A stretch of DNA of 20,976 nucleotides. Origin: Candidatus Kuenenia stuttgartensis. Lineage in GTDB: Bacteria; Planctomycetota; UBA11346. Both the position numbers and the translations under genes were made by a program. The stretch lies in the NCBI GenBank assembly GCA_945872305.1, contig CAMCAC010000025.1, positions 1 through 20,976 on the forward strand, given 5' to 3'. Positions 1 through 8,790 of the stretch are shown here, one piece after another (positions within the stretch are counted from its first letter, which is position 1; every line of letters starts with the position of its first letter). The notes below the pieces were generated by a model. It was not told the origin of the DNA and made no database searches. It saw only the letters and a program-made list of their open reading frames with translations.

Positions 1-180
1 CGCCACGGCGATCCCCTGCCCCTCGGCCGCGTCCCGGGACAGGGCCGCCTGGGTGCGCTGGGCGAGTTGGCGGCTGCCGGACAGGCTGGCGCTCTGGCTG
101 GCCAGGAACGGCACCCCGAGCAGGAGGAGGGCCGCGAGCACCACCATGACCAGGACGAGGGCGATGCCGGAACGGTTCAT
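1..180 (-). CDS. N-terminal 60 codons of a pseudopilin-like protein with a GspK-like hydrophobic N-terminus; the gene continues leftward beyond the window
   Basis: Minus-strand ATG at 180-178 overlaps the TGA (179-177) of the upstream gene in an ATGA junction. Translation MNRSGIALVLVMVVLAALLLLGVPFLASQSASLSGSRQLAQRTQAALSRDAAEGQ gives a basic n-region plus a ~20-residue hydrophobic helix, which resembles GspK-type minor pseudopilin N-termini (no F-T-L-x-E motif). The frame stays open to position 1. Confidence 0.4.
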   Translation of the reverse strand, partial: MNRSGIALVLVMVVLAALLLLGVPFLASQSASLSGSRQLAQRTQAALSRDAAEGQGIAVA

Positions 181-1373
181 GGGACAGTGACCAAGGAGGT
201 GACCCGGCCAGCGCCATCGATGGTGATGGCGGCGCTGCGTCCGCCGGTGGATTCGCGGAGGACGATGGTCGTGGCGCCGGCGACGCTGCCGTCCGGGCGG
301 GCCACGACCCGGACGGTGGAGGCAAGGTCGATGCCGCGGGGCAGGGGGGCGGCCTGGTCGGCGCCGAGCCGCCACAGGGCGACATCGTCGATGAGCAGCC
401 CGTCCGCGACCCGTGGGTCCGCCGGTTGGCCGGTCATGGCGATGTCGAGACGGCCGGTGATGACGGCGGGTGTGAACGGGTCCGGGAGGGTGGCCGGTTC
501 ACTGCGCGAGGTCACAGCCAGGGTCCTGCCGTTGCGCAGCAGTCCGAGGCTGGTGCCGTCCCAGACCACGGCGAGTTCGAGCCAACGGTCGCCGCCGATC
601 GGGCCGGCCGGATCGACGGCGGCGCTGCTGGTCGCCGAGCCGACCTGGGATGCGACCCCGTGGCTGGTGAGGATGGTCCGTCCACCGGCGGGATCGGTCC
701 GCCAACCGACCACCTGCCAGGTGGCGGAGCGGACATCGGCGGTCCTGCCGGGATCGCCGACCTGGACGAGATGGTCGTAGGTGACCAGGAGCAGTCCCGC
801 TGCGGACTGCTCCAGGGCGGTGCTGCCGGACTCGACCACCGCCACCACCGGCAGCACGCGGTTCTCGCCCACCCGCGGACGGGGGGGGCGGACCGCGGCG
901 GACAGGATCCATCCATCACGGCGGTTGGGGCGCTCCAGACGGTTCAGCCGTGGCAGGGGGTCGATGGGCCGGCCCAGGGCCGGGTCGGACCATTCGCTGC
1001 TCCATCCGGCTCCGGGGGCCAGGGCGGCGCCGGTGCGCCCGCCGGGGGTGATGCGGGTGTCGGTGGGATCGAAGCCTTCGAATCCCTCCTGCCAGAGGGG
1101 GATGCGGCTGACGCCGCGCACCTGGCGGGCATCCTTGTCGAAAACGAGCACGACCGGCCCACCGCTCGTGCGGGCGGTGTGGCGGGCCTGGCGCAGGGTA
1201 TCGACCACCAGGTGCTCGGCCCCGACCAGGGCATTGCCGCCACTGGTCGCCAGCCAGGCCCCGACCGTCAGGCCCATGAGGGTGGTCAGGATCCCGATGA
1301 CGATGAGCAGTTCGAGGAGCGTGAAGGCATCACGCGCCGGAATGCGGCCGAAGGCGGCGGGCGTGCCACCCAT
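177..1373 (-). CDS. Minor pseudopilin with a prepilin-type N-terminal domain, GspH/FimT-like, fused to a C-terminal LamG/concanavalin-like domain
   Basis: 398-aa ORF. The N-terminus reads AFTLLELLIVIGILTTLMGL (prepilin cleavage/methylation helix) followed by a GspH/FimT-like LVGAEHLVVDTLRQARHTARTSGGPVVLVFD region. The C-terminal half carries a LamG-like signature (LAVVWDGTSLGLLRNGRTLAV...IDDVALWR). The ATG sits 6 bp downstream of the preceding gene's stop. High GC3 codon usage is consistent with coding. Confidence 0.6.
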   Translation of the reverse strand: MGGTPAAFGRIPARDAFTLLELLIVIGILTTLMGLTVGAWLATSGGNALVGAEHLVVDTLRQARHTARTSGGPVVLVFDKDARQVRGVSRIPLWQEGFEGFDPTDTRITPGGRTGAALAPGAGWSSEWSDPALGRPIDPLPRLNRLERPNRRDGWILSAAVRPPRPRVGENRVLPVVAVVESGSTALEQSAAGLLLVTYDHLVQVGDPGRTADVRSATWQVVGWRTDPAGGRTILTSHGVASQVGSATSSAAVDPAGPIGGDRWLELAVVWDGTSLGLLRNGRTLAVTSRSEPATLPDPFTPAVITGRLDIAMTGQPADPRVADGLLIDDVALWRLGADQAAPLPRGIDLASTVRVVARPDGSVAGATTIVLRESTGGRSAAITIDGAGRVTSLVTVP

Positions 1374-1379
1374 CGCCGG

Positions 1380-1949
1380 TCAGGGCTTCCAGTTGGCGAG
1401 GTCGTCCTCGCCCCCATGCGGCATCGTCAGGGTGCTCGCGGGATCGGCGGGATCGGTCCAGTCGACGGGATCCTCTTTCTGGTTGGGCCCCAGGGACCAC
1501 ACCCAGAAGCTGTCCGGCATCGGCACGCCTTTGCCGTCGAGGACCGAGGCGTTGGCGAAGAAATCATCGTAGTTGCGGGTGTCCGCGTAGCGCAGGTCGC
1601 CGCCCCAGGCGTCGATCAGGCCCTTGGGGAAGGCCTCACGGTCCATGGACAGGACCTGGGTCCGCCACTGGCTTTGGTCGGTCTTGGTGGCGTACGGGAA
1701 GAGTCCCCGGGCCTGCTTGTACAGCTGGCAGGCGGCCACGACATTCTTGATGACGGTGGTGGTCTCATTGCGCTTCGACGCCTCCCGCACCATGCCGATC
1801 GCCGGGAAGAGCAGGCCCATGAGGGTGGCGAGGATGCCGATGACGACGAGGAGCTCCATGAGGGTAAATCCCACACGGACGGGAGGGCGGTGCACAGCCA
1901 TGCCATGGCTGACGCCGGGCCGGCGCGGACCTGTCGCCGGGCGGGTCAT
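1380..1949 (-). CDS. gspG: GspG-like major pseudopilin (type II secretion / type IV pilin-like, PVC-type prepilin N-terminus)
   Basis: The N-terminus reads MAVHRPPVRVG|FTLMELLVVIGILATLMGLLFPAIGMVREASKR, a typical prepilin leader plus methylation helix. The C-terminus reads IDAWGGDLRY...DDFF...WSLGPNQ...EDDLANWKP, which parallels the GspG core DPWGxxY...DIFSLGPDG...DDIxNW. The ATG at 1949 overlaps the TGA of the upstream gene (ATGA). An alternative start at 1901 (MAVHRPP) gives an 11-aa leader. Confidence 0.65.
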   Translation of the reverse strand: MTRPATGPRRPGVSHGMAVHRPPVRVGFTLMELLVVIGILATLMGLLFPAIGMVREASKRNETTTVIKNVVAACQLYKQARGLFPYATKTDQSQWRTQVLSMDREAFPKGLIDAWGGDLRYADTRNYDDFFANASVLDGKGVPMPDSFWVWSLGPNQKEDPVDWTDPADPASTLTMPHGGEDDLANWKP

Positions 1950-4900
1950 TCCTCGCCCTCCTCGAAGCAGACCACCTGGCCGGTGCGGATCGGGACGAGC
2001 ACGCGGCCCTCGATCGCCACCGGGGCCGCCACCGCCGGTCCGCCAAGGTCCGCCCGCCAGCGCAGGTGGCCGGTGGCCGGGTCGATGGCGTGGAGCTGGC
2101 CGGCACCATCGGCGGCGTACAGGGCCTTACGCCCCAGGGCGGGGGCGCCGGAGAGGGTGCCCATGGAGCCCTGGGCCGGATAGCGCCAGCGCAACTGGCC
2201 GCTGCGGGTCAGGTCGATGGCGTGGATGCGGCCTTCGGCGGTGGCGGCGAAGGCGGTCCCGCCGACCACCTGGATGCCGACCGGGGCTCCTTCGACCGGC
2301 CAGGCGGCGACCACCCGGCGGCCGTCCGCCACGCCGGTGCCCAGGTCGATGGCCAGGATCTGACCGCTCGCATCGGCCAGGAGCCACACGGACCGTCCGC
2401 CGATCCGGGCCGCGACGGGCTGGCCGACCGCATCGCCGCGGGTGCTGATCTCGCCCAGGGACCTGGCCGGGTTGGCCTCGGTCAGGGTGGTGATGTCGAA
2501 CAGGTGGACGGTGGAGCCGGCGGGGACCGCCAGCACGGTGCGCTCCGCTGAGCGGTCGACGAACGGGGTCGCCGTCACGTCATCCGGCAGGGGGATGCGC
2601 GGGAATCCGGCGACCCGGCCGCGCTCGGTGGAGCCGACCACCTGGATGCCCTGGCCCGCGGCGGCGGCGAACACCAGGGTCTGGTCGTGGACCAGTTCAT
2701 TGCGGTCCACGCACACGAAGCCGGTGAAGCGCAGTCCGGGGCGGCTCGGTTCCGGCCATTGCCAGAGCCGGGACCGGCTTGCCAGATCATACGCCAGGAC
2801 CCGTTCCTCGTGGCCGATGAAGACCCGGCCGTCGCGGATCGCCGGCGGGTGGCGGAACTCGGAGACGGCGTCCTCGATGGCCAGGGGACGGTCCGCCCCG
2901 GTGACCGCGTCGAGGGCGACCAGGCTCGCCCGGTTGGTCCCGAACAGGGCGGTCGTCCCCACCAGGATCGCCGGGGTGGTCACGACGGCGCCCAGCTCCC
3001 GGCGCCAGGCGGGCCCACGGGCCAGGGTGACCGACGCGGTGGTCCGGCGCACCTGGGCGGTGACGACCACGGTCTGGGCTGCGAATCCCGGCCGCACGGC
3101 GGTCACGGAGAGCGTCTCGCCGGGGGCGTAGGTCGCCCGGTGGATCCAGCGGCCGGTGGTCCCCTCGGGGGCCCGGGCGGTCTCGGCGGGGCCGGGGCGG
3201 CCGCCGGTCTGGCTCCGGCTCACGGTGAGGATGGTGCGTGGGGTGTCGACCTGGATGGAGAACGGCAGGGCCAGTCGCGTATACAGGTCCTGCAGCCGGG
3301 GATTGGCGGTCTCGCGCACGAGCTGGGCCAACCGGTCGAGGGATGCGAAGGCATCCTGGTCCTGGCCGCGGTCGGCGGCGGCGACGATCCGTTCGCCCAG
3401 GCGCTCGCCGAGCGCCAGTTCGACCTCGCCCAGACGGACCCGGGCGCGGCTGACCGCGGCCGGCTCGCCGGTGCCGGCGGCGGCCCGCTGGAAGGCGGCC
3501 CGGCCGGACTCGAGGTCGCCGCGGGCCAGGATCCGCTCGGCGCGGGCGGTCAGGGCCTCGGCGGAGGTGTGGTCGGTGGTCCAGCGCAGCCGGGTGGCGG
3601 TCAGGTCGGTGCGCAACTCCGGCGGCAGGTCCTGGCGGTCGAGGATGGGTGCGATCAGGACCAGGGCGCCGTCCCAGTCGTCGGCCTCCCAGCGACGGCG
3701 GGCTTCGCTGTACACGCCGCTCACCTCGATGTCGATCCGCGCCTTGAAGATGCGCTCGCGGAGGGTGGCGGCGTCCGCGGCGGCGCGGGTGCCCGGGAAC
3801 GAGGATTCGAGCCGGCGGACCCCTTCCAGGGCCTTGGCGTACTGGCCGCTGGCGAGCAGCGCATCGGCGCGCTCGGTCTCGATCCGGGCCTGGGCCTCGA
3901 AGTCGCGCTGGATCGACTCGCGCACCTCGGTCACCCGGCTCTGCACGGCCTGGACGCCGCTGTAGGTGCGGGCGGTCTCGTCCAGGGCGGCGATCAGCTT
4001 GGGATGCCCGAGGTCGCCTTTGAGGGTGCGGAAGGCGGTGTTGATGTCGTCGACCTCGGTCAGGCCGTTGCGCTCGAACACCACCTGACGGTAATACTCG
4101 ACGCCGAAGACCGCAGCGATGAGGAGGATCACGCCGGCGGCGATGTAGACGAAGGTGCGGATCGCCCGGCTCGTCTTGACCGACTCGCTGGCCCGGGCGT
4201 GGGCCAGCACCTGGTCCTTCACCGCCTGGTATTTGCAGTCGGCGCCGAGGATGCCTTCGAGCTCCTCAAGGGCCTTGCGCGGGCCGCGGCCGGCGAGCAG
4301 CGCATGCCACAGGGCCTTGTACTCGACCACCGCATTCTCGGTCTGGCCGTCGATGAGGTAGGCGCGGGCGAGGTGGCGGTGCGGGTCCGGGGCACGCGGC
4401 ACCAGGTTCTTGGCCCGGTGGCAGGCGTCGATGGCCCGGGCCGCGTCCTTGGTGCCGAGGAACGACTGGGCGGCCTGGCAGAATGCCTCGGCGGCCTCAT
4501 CCGCGCGGCCGAGGTCGGCCAGGGTGTGGCCGCGGTCGGCGTGCAGCTCCGGATCCTCGGGGGACAGGGCGAGGACGGTGTCGATGTCCGCCAGGGCCTG
4601 TTCCAGCTCGCCGGCGTCCTGGCTGTGCTGGATCAGCTCCAGGTAGATCTCCACCGCGCGCGGCACCTGGTCGGTGGCGGCACAGACCTCGGCCAGGGGG
4701 CGCAGGACCTCGGGGATGCGGGCCTGGCCGAGCGCGACCTCCAGCAGGTCGCGGGCGCGCATGGCCTCGCCGCCCTGGCGCAACGCCACGGCATCCTCGA
4801 CGATCTCCTGGGTGGTGCGCGGGCGGGCGACCTGGGCGAGGACGAGCTGGGCGACGATGGCGAAGGTGTCGAACTGGGTGACCCCGACCTGGCGGGCGAC

Positions 4901-5545
4901 CACGGCCAGGGCGTGGCGGCCATCCAGGTAGCGGACCACCTTGAGCATGTCCGGATCGGTCTGGACGTTCTTGAGGTTGGGGCGGCCTTCATTGTCGACG
5001 ATGAACAGCGTGTTCTCGTCCGGGATGATCTCGCGGATCCGCTTCCATTCATCGCGCCGGCGGGTGGCCTCGAGGATGAGCTGGGTCGTCGGCAGGCGGG
5101 TGGCGCCCATCTCGACCGCATCGAAGCCCTGGAGCTCCGGCGGGATGGGGCCGTCGGCAAAGGAGAACTCGCCTTCGGTCCACTCGAACACCGGGCAGAA
5201 GACCTCCTCGATGCACCAGGCGCAGACTTCGTCGAGGTCGCCATCCGGGATGTAGGCGCTGGCCACGAGCAGGTCGCGCAGGGGCTGGGCGATGGTGCGC
5301 AGGCGGCGGGTCAGCTCCTCGGCCTGGTCGGCGGCCAGCAGGTTGCGCTTGACCAGGGCGTGGATCAGGAACGGCCGCCCATCGACCGGCGGGGCGCTCG
5401 CCGCGGCGATCTGACCCTGATCGAAATGGACGCGCACGGTGCCGGCTGGGCCGGCCACCACCATGGTGCCGGTCTGGCGGTTCATCGCCAGCGTCTGCAC
5501 GATGTCGGTCAGGTTGACGGAAGAGAGTTGGCCCTGGAAACCCAT
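1946..5545 (-). CDS. Large multidomain membrane protein: N-terminal DUF4388 domain, TPR repeats, one TM helix, TPR/coiled-coil region, and a C-terminal PQQ-type beta-propeller
   Basis: 1199-aa ORF. The N-terminus MGFQGQLSSVNLTDIVQTLAMNRQTGTMVV...VRVHFDQGQI matches the DUF4388 consensus (GxLxxFSLxDllQll...kTGtL....g.iyf.nGqiv). TPR-like helical repeats follow (AVEIYLELIQHSQDAGELEQALADIDTVLALSPEDPELHADRGHTLADLGRADEA...). A single hydrophobic segment reads IRTFVYIAAGVILLIAAVFGV. The C-terminal third carries repeated PQQ/BamB-like blades (GQLHAIDPATGHLRWR, GRIHAIDLTRSGQLRWRY, GQILAIDLGTG, RVLAYDLASRSRLWQW). Confidence 0.7.
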   Translation of the reverse strand: MGFQGQLSSVNLTDIVQTLAMNRQTGTMVVAGPAGTVRVHFDQGQIAAASAPPVDGRPFLIHALVKRNLLAADQAEELTRRLRTIAQPLRDLLVASAYIPDGDLDEVCAWCIEEVFCPVFEWTEGEFSFADGPIPPELQGFDAVEMGATRLPTTQLILEATRRRDEWKRIREIIPDENTLFIVDNEGRPNLKNVQTDPDMLKVVRYLDGRHALAVVARQVGVTQFDTFAIVAQLVLAQVARPRTTQEIVEDAVALRQGGEAMRARDLLEVALGQARIPEVLRPLAEVCAATDQVPRAVEIYLELIQHSQDAGELEQALADIDTVLALSPEDPELHADRGHTLADLGRADEAAEAFCQAAQSFLGTKDAARAIDACHRAKNLVPRAPDPHRHLARAYLIDGQTENAVVEYKALWHALLAGRGPRKALEELEGILGADCKYQAVKDQVLAHARASESVKTSRAIRTFVYIAAGVILLIAAVFGVEYYRQVVFERNGLTEVDDINTAFRTLKGDLGHPKLIAALDETARTYSGVQAVQSRVTEVRESIQRDFEAQARIETERADALLASGQYAKALEGVRRLESSFPGTRAAADAATLRERIFKARIDIEVSGVYSEARRRWEADDWDGALVLIAPILDRQDLPPELRTDLTATRLRWTTDHTSAEALTARAERILARGDLESGRAAFQRAAAGTGEPAAVSRARVRLGEVELALGERLGERIVAAADRGQDQDAFASLDRLAQLVRETANPRLQDLYTRLALPFSIQVDTPRTILTVSRSQTGGRPGPAETARAPEGTTGRWIHRATYAPGETLSVTAVRPGFAAQTVVVTAQVRRTTASVTLARGPAWRRELGAVVTTPAILVGTTALFGTNRASLVALDAVTGADRPLAIEDAVSEFRHPPAIRDGRVFIGHEERVLAYDLASRSRLWQWPEPSRPGLRFTGFVCVDRNELVHDQTLVFAAAAGQGIQVVGSTERGRVAGFPRIPLPDDVTATPFVDRSAERTVLAVPAGSTVHLFDITTLTEANPARSLGEISTRGDAVGQPVAARIGGRSVWLLADASGQILAIDLGTGVADGRRVVAAWPVEGAPVGIQVVGGTAFAATAEGRIHAIDLTRSGQLRWRYPAQGSMGTLSGAPALGRKALYAADGAGQLHAIDPATGHLRWRADLGGPAVAAPVAIEGRVLVPIRTGQVVCFEEGEE

Positions 5546-5600
5546 GGTGGGACAAGGCTAGGCAGGGATCCCGCGGTGCCAGCAGGGATCTCGGGGGCCG

Positions 5601-5620
5601 CCCCCGCCGGCGGCCGGGGG
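5601..5620. other. Short GC hairpin just past the permease stop, in the 76-bp gap before the DUF4388 gene ATG
   Basis: cccccg (5601-5606) / loop ccggcggc / cggggg (5615-5620). The adjacent direct repeat cagggatc (5574-5581 and 5583-5590) is also noted. There is no U-tract, so it may simply be an intra-operon structure. Confidence 0.2.
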
Positions 5621-5621
5621 C

Positions 5622-6818
5622 CTATTCGTGGCGCAGGGCCTCGATCGGATCCAGCCGGGCGGCCCGGCGGGCCGGGTACCAGCCGAAGAACAGGCCCACC
5701 GCCACGGATACCGCCAGGGCCATCAGGATCGCGCCGCCCTGGACCACCGGCGGGAACGGCATCACCGCCGCCGCCAGGGCGGTCAGGCCCCACCCGAGGA
5801 GCACGCCCAGGATCCCGCCGGTGCCGGTGACCAGGGCCGCCTCGATGAGGAACTGGCGCCGGATGTCGCGCTCCCGGGCGCCGATGGCCTTGCGCAGGCC
5901 GATCTCCCGGGTCCGTTCGGTCACTGCCACGAGCATGATGTTCATGATCCCGATGCCGCCGACGAGCAGGCTGACCGCGGCGATGCCGGCGAGCAGGGCG
6001 GCGAACACGCCGCTGATCTGGCGCAGTTGGTTCAGGATGTCCTGGTTGCGGTAGATGGCGAAGTCGCGCTGGGCCGGGTCGGCCAGACGGTGGCGGCGGA
6101 GCAGGGTGCGGCCCACCGCCTCCTCGGCGGCTTCGAGCCGCCCGGGCCGGGCGAGGACCTGGATCTGGCCCAGGCGCCCGCCGTCGACCAGCCCGCGGCG
6201 GGCGGCGGCCAGGGGCACGATGGCCATCTCGTCCGGCTCCAGGAAGCCCTGGCGGCCCTGGGCGGCGAGCACGCCCACCACCCGCATGGGGACGGGACCG
6301 ACCAGGACCGTCTGGCCCAGGGGCTCCCGGTCCGGGAACAGCCGGCCGGCGACCGCGGTGCCGAGCACCGCCACCGGGATGCCCAGGTCGCTCTCGCTGG
6401 CGGTGAACAGCCGGCCCCGGGCCACCGGGAGGTCGGTGCAGGCGAAATAGCCGTCGCTGGTGGCGATGACATTCGCGGTGCTCTCCCGGCCGGCACCGCG
6501 CAGGGTCGCCCCGGGCGCCTGCTGGACCGGGGCCACCGCCGCCACCTCGGGGAGGGTGGCGAGGGCCGACGCATCACCGGGATCCAGGCCGCGCACCGCC
6601 CGCGGCCGGCGGCCGTCGCCCCAGTCGTCGAACACGAACATCACCTCGGCGCCTTTGCGGGCGAAGCCCTGCACGAGCCGCTGCTCGGCCCCGGCGCCCA
6701 CCGCGAGCATGGCGATCACCGCCGCCACCCCGATCACCACCCCGGACATGGCGAGCAGGCTGCGCAGGGGATTGCCGCGCAGGCTCTGGACCGCGGTGGA
6801 CAGGAGCATCAGCCACAT
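5622..6818 (-). CDS. ABC transporter permease, FtsX/MacB (DevC/LolC-like) family
   Basis: 398 aa. The N-terminus [29 protein letters not shown] is the MacB-type permease signature, followed by a periplasmic domain. The C-terminal FtsX core reads [40 protein letters not shown] plus terminal TM helices. The start (6818 or 6809) overlaps the upstream ATPase stop (6809-6811). Confidence 0.85.
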   Translation of the reverse strand: MWLMLLSTAVQSLRGNPLRSLLAMSGVVIGVAAVIAMLAVGAGAEQRLVQGFARKGAEVMFVFDDWGDGRRPRAVRGLDPGDASALATLPEVAAVAPVQQAPGATLRGAGRESTANVIATSDGYFACTDLPVARGRLFTASESDLGIPVAVLGTAVAGRLFPDREPLGQTVLVGPVPMRVVGVLAAQGRQGFLEPDEMAIVPLAAARRGLVDGGRLGQIQVLARPGRLEAAEEAVGRTLLRRHRLADPAQRDFAIYRNQDILNQLRQISGVFAALLAGIAAVSLLVGGIGIMNIMLVAVTERTREIGLRKAIGARERDIRRQFLIEAALVTGTGGILGVLLGWGLTALAAAVMPFPPVVQGGAILMALAVSVAVGLFFGWYPARRAARLDPIEALRHE

Positions 6819-7516
6819 GGCGGCGCCCCCTCGTCACTGGCGACGAGCCCATCCGCGAGCCGGATCCGACGCGGGCAGCGGGCCGCCACCCCGGGATCGT
6901 GGGTGACGATGACGATGGTCCGGCCCTCGCGGTGCAGTTCCGCGAACAGGCCGAGGATCTCCTCGCCGGTGCGCGAATCGAGGTTGCCGGTGGGCTCGTC
7001 CGCCAGGAGCAGGGCCGGGCTGCCGGCCAGGGCCCGGGCGATGGCGACCCGCTGGCGCTGGCCGCCGCTGAGCTGGTTCGGACGGTGACGCAGGCGGTCG
7101 CCGAGCCCGACCCGGCGCAGGGCCGTCTCGGCCGCCGCCCGCGCATCGGCGCGCCGGGCGTAGCGCAGGGGCAACGCCACATTCTCCACCGCATCCAGGC
7201 GCGGGAGGAGATGAAAACTCTGGAAAATGAAGCCGATCCGCCGGTTGCGGATCGCGGCCAGGCGGTCGCCATGGATCGCGGTGATGTCCTCGCCATCCAG
7301 GCGGTAGGTCCCCGCATCCGGCTTGTCCAGGCAGCCGAGGATGTGCATCAGGGTGGACTTGCCGCTGCCGCTCGCGCCGAGGATCGCCGCCATCTCCCCG
7401 GCCCGGATGCGCACATCGACCCCGGCCAGGGCGTGCACCGTCTCGCCGCCGACGGTGTAGGTCTTGCGCAGGGCGGTGGCGTCGATGACCGGGGCGGCCC
7501 CCGCAGCGTCGCTCAT
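6809..7516 (-). CDS. ABC transporter ATP-binding protein, MacB/LolD/DevA-type nucleotide-binding domain
   Basis: 235 aa with Walker [11 protein letters not shown]-loop, ABC signature [15 protein letters not shown], Walker [13 protein letters not shown] and H-loop VTHD. The ATG at 7516 overlaps the TGA of the membrane-fusion protein gene (ATGA at 7513-7516). Confidence 0.9.
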   Translation of the reverse strand: MSDAAGAAPVIDATALRKTYTVGGETVHALAGVDVRIRAGEMAAILGASGSGKSTLMHILGCLDKPDAGTYRLDGEDITAIHGDRLAAIRNRRIGFIFQSFHLLPRLDAVENVALPLRYARRADARAAAETALRRVGLGDRLRHRPNQLSGGQRQRVAIARALAGSPALLLADEPTGNLDSRTGEEILGLFAELHREGRTIVIVTHDPGVAARCPRRIRLADGLVASDEGAPPCG

Positions 7517-8790
7517 AGGCCGAAATCCATCTCGTCGCGCCAGCGGATCTTGCCCGCGGGGGGCAGTTCCACGGATTCGCCGGCGTCCAGGCCGGAGAGG
7601 ATCTGCTGGCGGCGGCCGTCGGTGCCGCCGACCAGCACGGCCCGGGTCCCGGACGATGCGGCGGCGCTGGCGCTGCGCAGGACCACCTCGGTGCGGCCGT
7701 CGATCCGGCGGACGGCCTCGACCGGGATGGTGATGGCGGCGGCTTCATCAACGGTGGTGATCTCGACCCCGACGGTCATGGGCGGGCGCAGGGGCAGGTC
7801 GGATCCGGCCAGGCGGATGGTCACCGGGAAGCTGACCGATCGCCCCTCGCGCACGCCCTCGCTGGCGATGGCGGCGACCGTGCCCGAAAAGCGCCGGCCC
7901 GGGAACGCTTCGCAGGTGACCACGGTGAGCTGGCCCGGGTGGACCCGGCCCACATCGGATTCCGGCAGATCGACCTGGACCGAGAGCCGGGACAGATCCG
8001 CCAGGGCCGCCACCTGGGTGCCGCCGCCGATGGTGGTGATGCCGGAACTGACGATCTGGCCGACCTCGACCAGGACCCGGGTCACGGTGCCATCCACCGG
8101 GGCGGTGATCCGGGTCTTGGCCAGGCGCCGGCGGGCGTCGTCCAGGTCGAGTTCCCGGCTGCGCAGGTCCGCTTCCGCCAGGGCGAGTTCCGCCTGGGCG
8201 ACGGCGATGTCGGCTCCCCGCAGGGCGGCCTCGTCGATGGCCAGCCGTGCCCCGGCCAGTCCGGCGACCGCGGTGGCTTCGCCGGCGATGGCCGCGTCGG
8301 TGCTCTCGGGGGTGGTCACGCCCTGGCGGAGGAGATCGCGTTGCCGGGCGGCCCGGGTGGCGGATTCCGCAGCCCGGGCCCTGGCCGCGGCCAGTTCCGC
8401 CGCCGCCCGCTCCTGGGCCAGGGCGGTGGCCCGGGTCTCCCGGTCCAGACGCAGGCGGGCCTGGTCGAGCCGGGCCCGGGCGGCGACCACCCCGGCCTCG
8501 GCCCGGGCCACCACCCGGCGCTCGTCGTCGGGATCGAGCTGCACAAGCAGGTCCCCGGCCCGCACCGGCAATCCCGAAGCCGCCGGCACCGCCGCCACCT
8601 GGCCGCTCGCTTCCGCCTTGATCTCCACGCTCTGGGCGCTGACCACCCGGCCGCTGGCGGTGATCGTTTCGATGAAGCGTCCCTGTTCCGCCGTCGCGGT
8701 GGCCACCGGCGGGGGTGGTGGATCCCCGCATCCGGCGACCAGGACCACGGATGCCAGGAGCCAGCGCATGCGGGGAGCGTTCATGCGCAT
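7513..8790 (-). CDS. Efflux periplasmic adaptor (membrane-fusion protein), HlyD/MacA-like lipoprotein
   Basis: The ORF is open to 8859, but the plausible start is 8790 (MRMNAPRMRWLLASVVLVAGC), which gives a lipoprotein signal with an LVAGC lipobox. It has a beta-barrel/lipoyl-like N-domain (FIETITASGRVVSAQSVEIKAEASGQV), a long Ala/Arg-rich alpha-helical hairpin (~130 aa), and a C-terminal beta domain (VTRVLVEVGQIVSSG...). This is the first gene of the MFP-ATPase-permease set. Confidence 0.8.
   Translation of the reverse strand: MRMNAPRMRWLLASVVLVAGCGDPPPPPVATATAEQGRFIETITASGRVVSAQSVEIKAEASGQVAAVPAASGLPVRAGDLLVQLDPDDERRVVARAEAGVVAARARLDQARLRLDRETRATALAQERAAAELAAARARAAESATRAARQRDLLRQGVTTPESTDAAIAGEATAVAGLAGARLAIDEAALRGADIAVAQAELALAEADLRSRELDLDDARRRLAKTRITAPVDGTVTRVLVEVGQIVSSGITTIGGGTQVAALADLSRLSVQVDLPESDVGRVHPGQLTVVTCEAFPGRRFSGTVAAIASEGVREGRSVSFPVTIRLAGSDLPLRPPMTVGVEITTVDEAAAITIPVEAVRRIDGRTEVVLRSASAAASSGTRAVLVGGTDGRRQQILSGLDAGESVELPPAGKIRWRDEMDFGL

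Noticed and set aside
426-2183. 585-aa + strand ORF (and the nested 781..1572 and 1624..2448 ORFs) opposite the pseudopilin genes
   Set aside because: The translations are Gly/Arg/Pro/Ala-rich low-complexity sequence typical of antisense frames in GC3-biased genomes. The minus-strand frames encode recognisable prepilin/GspG/GspH domains.
2687-5830. 1047-aa + strand ORF antisense to the DUF4388-TPR-PQQ gene
   Set aside because: It is a low-complexity G/A/R/P/D-rich translation with no domains. The opposite strand has clear DUF4388, TPR and PQQ repeat signatures and a TM helix.
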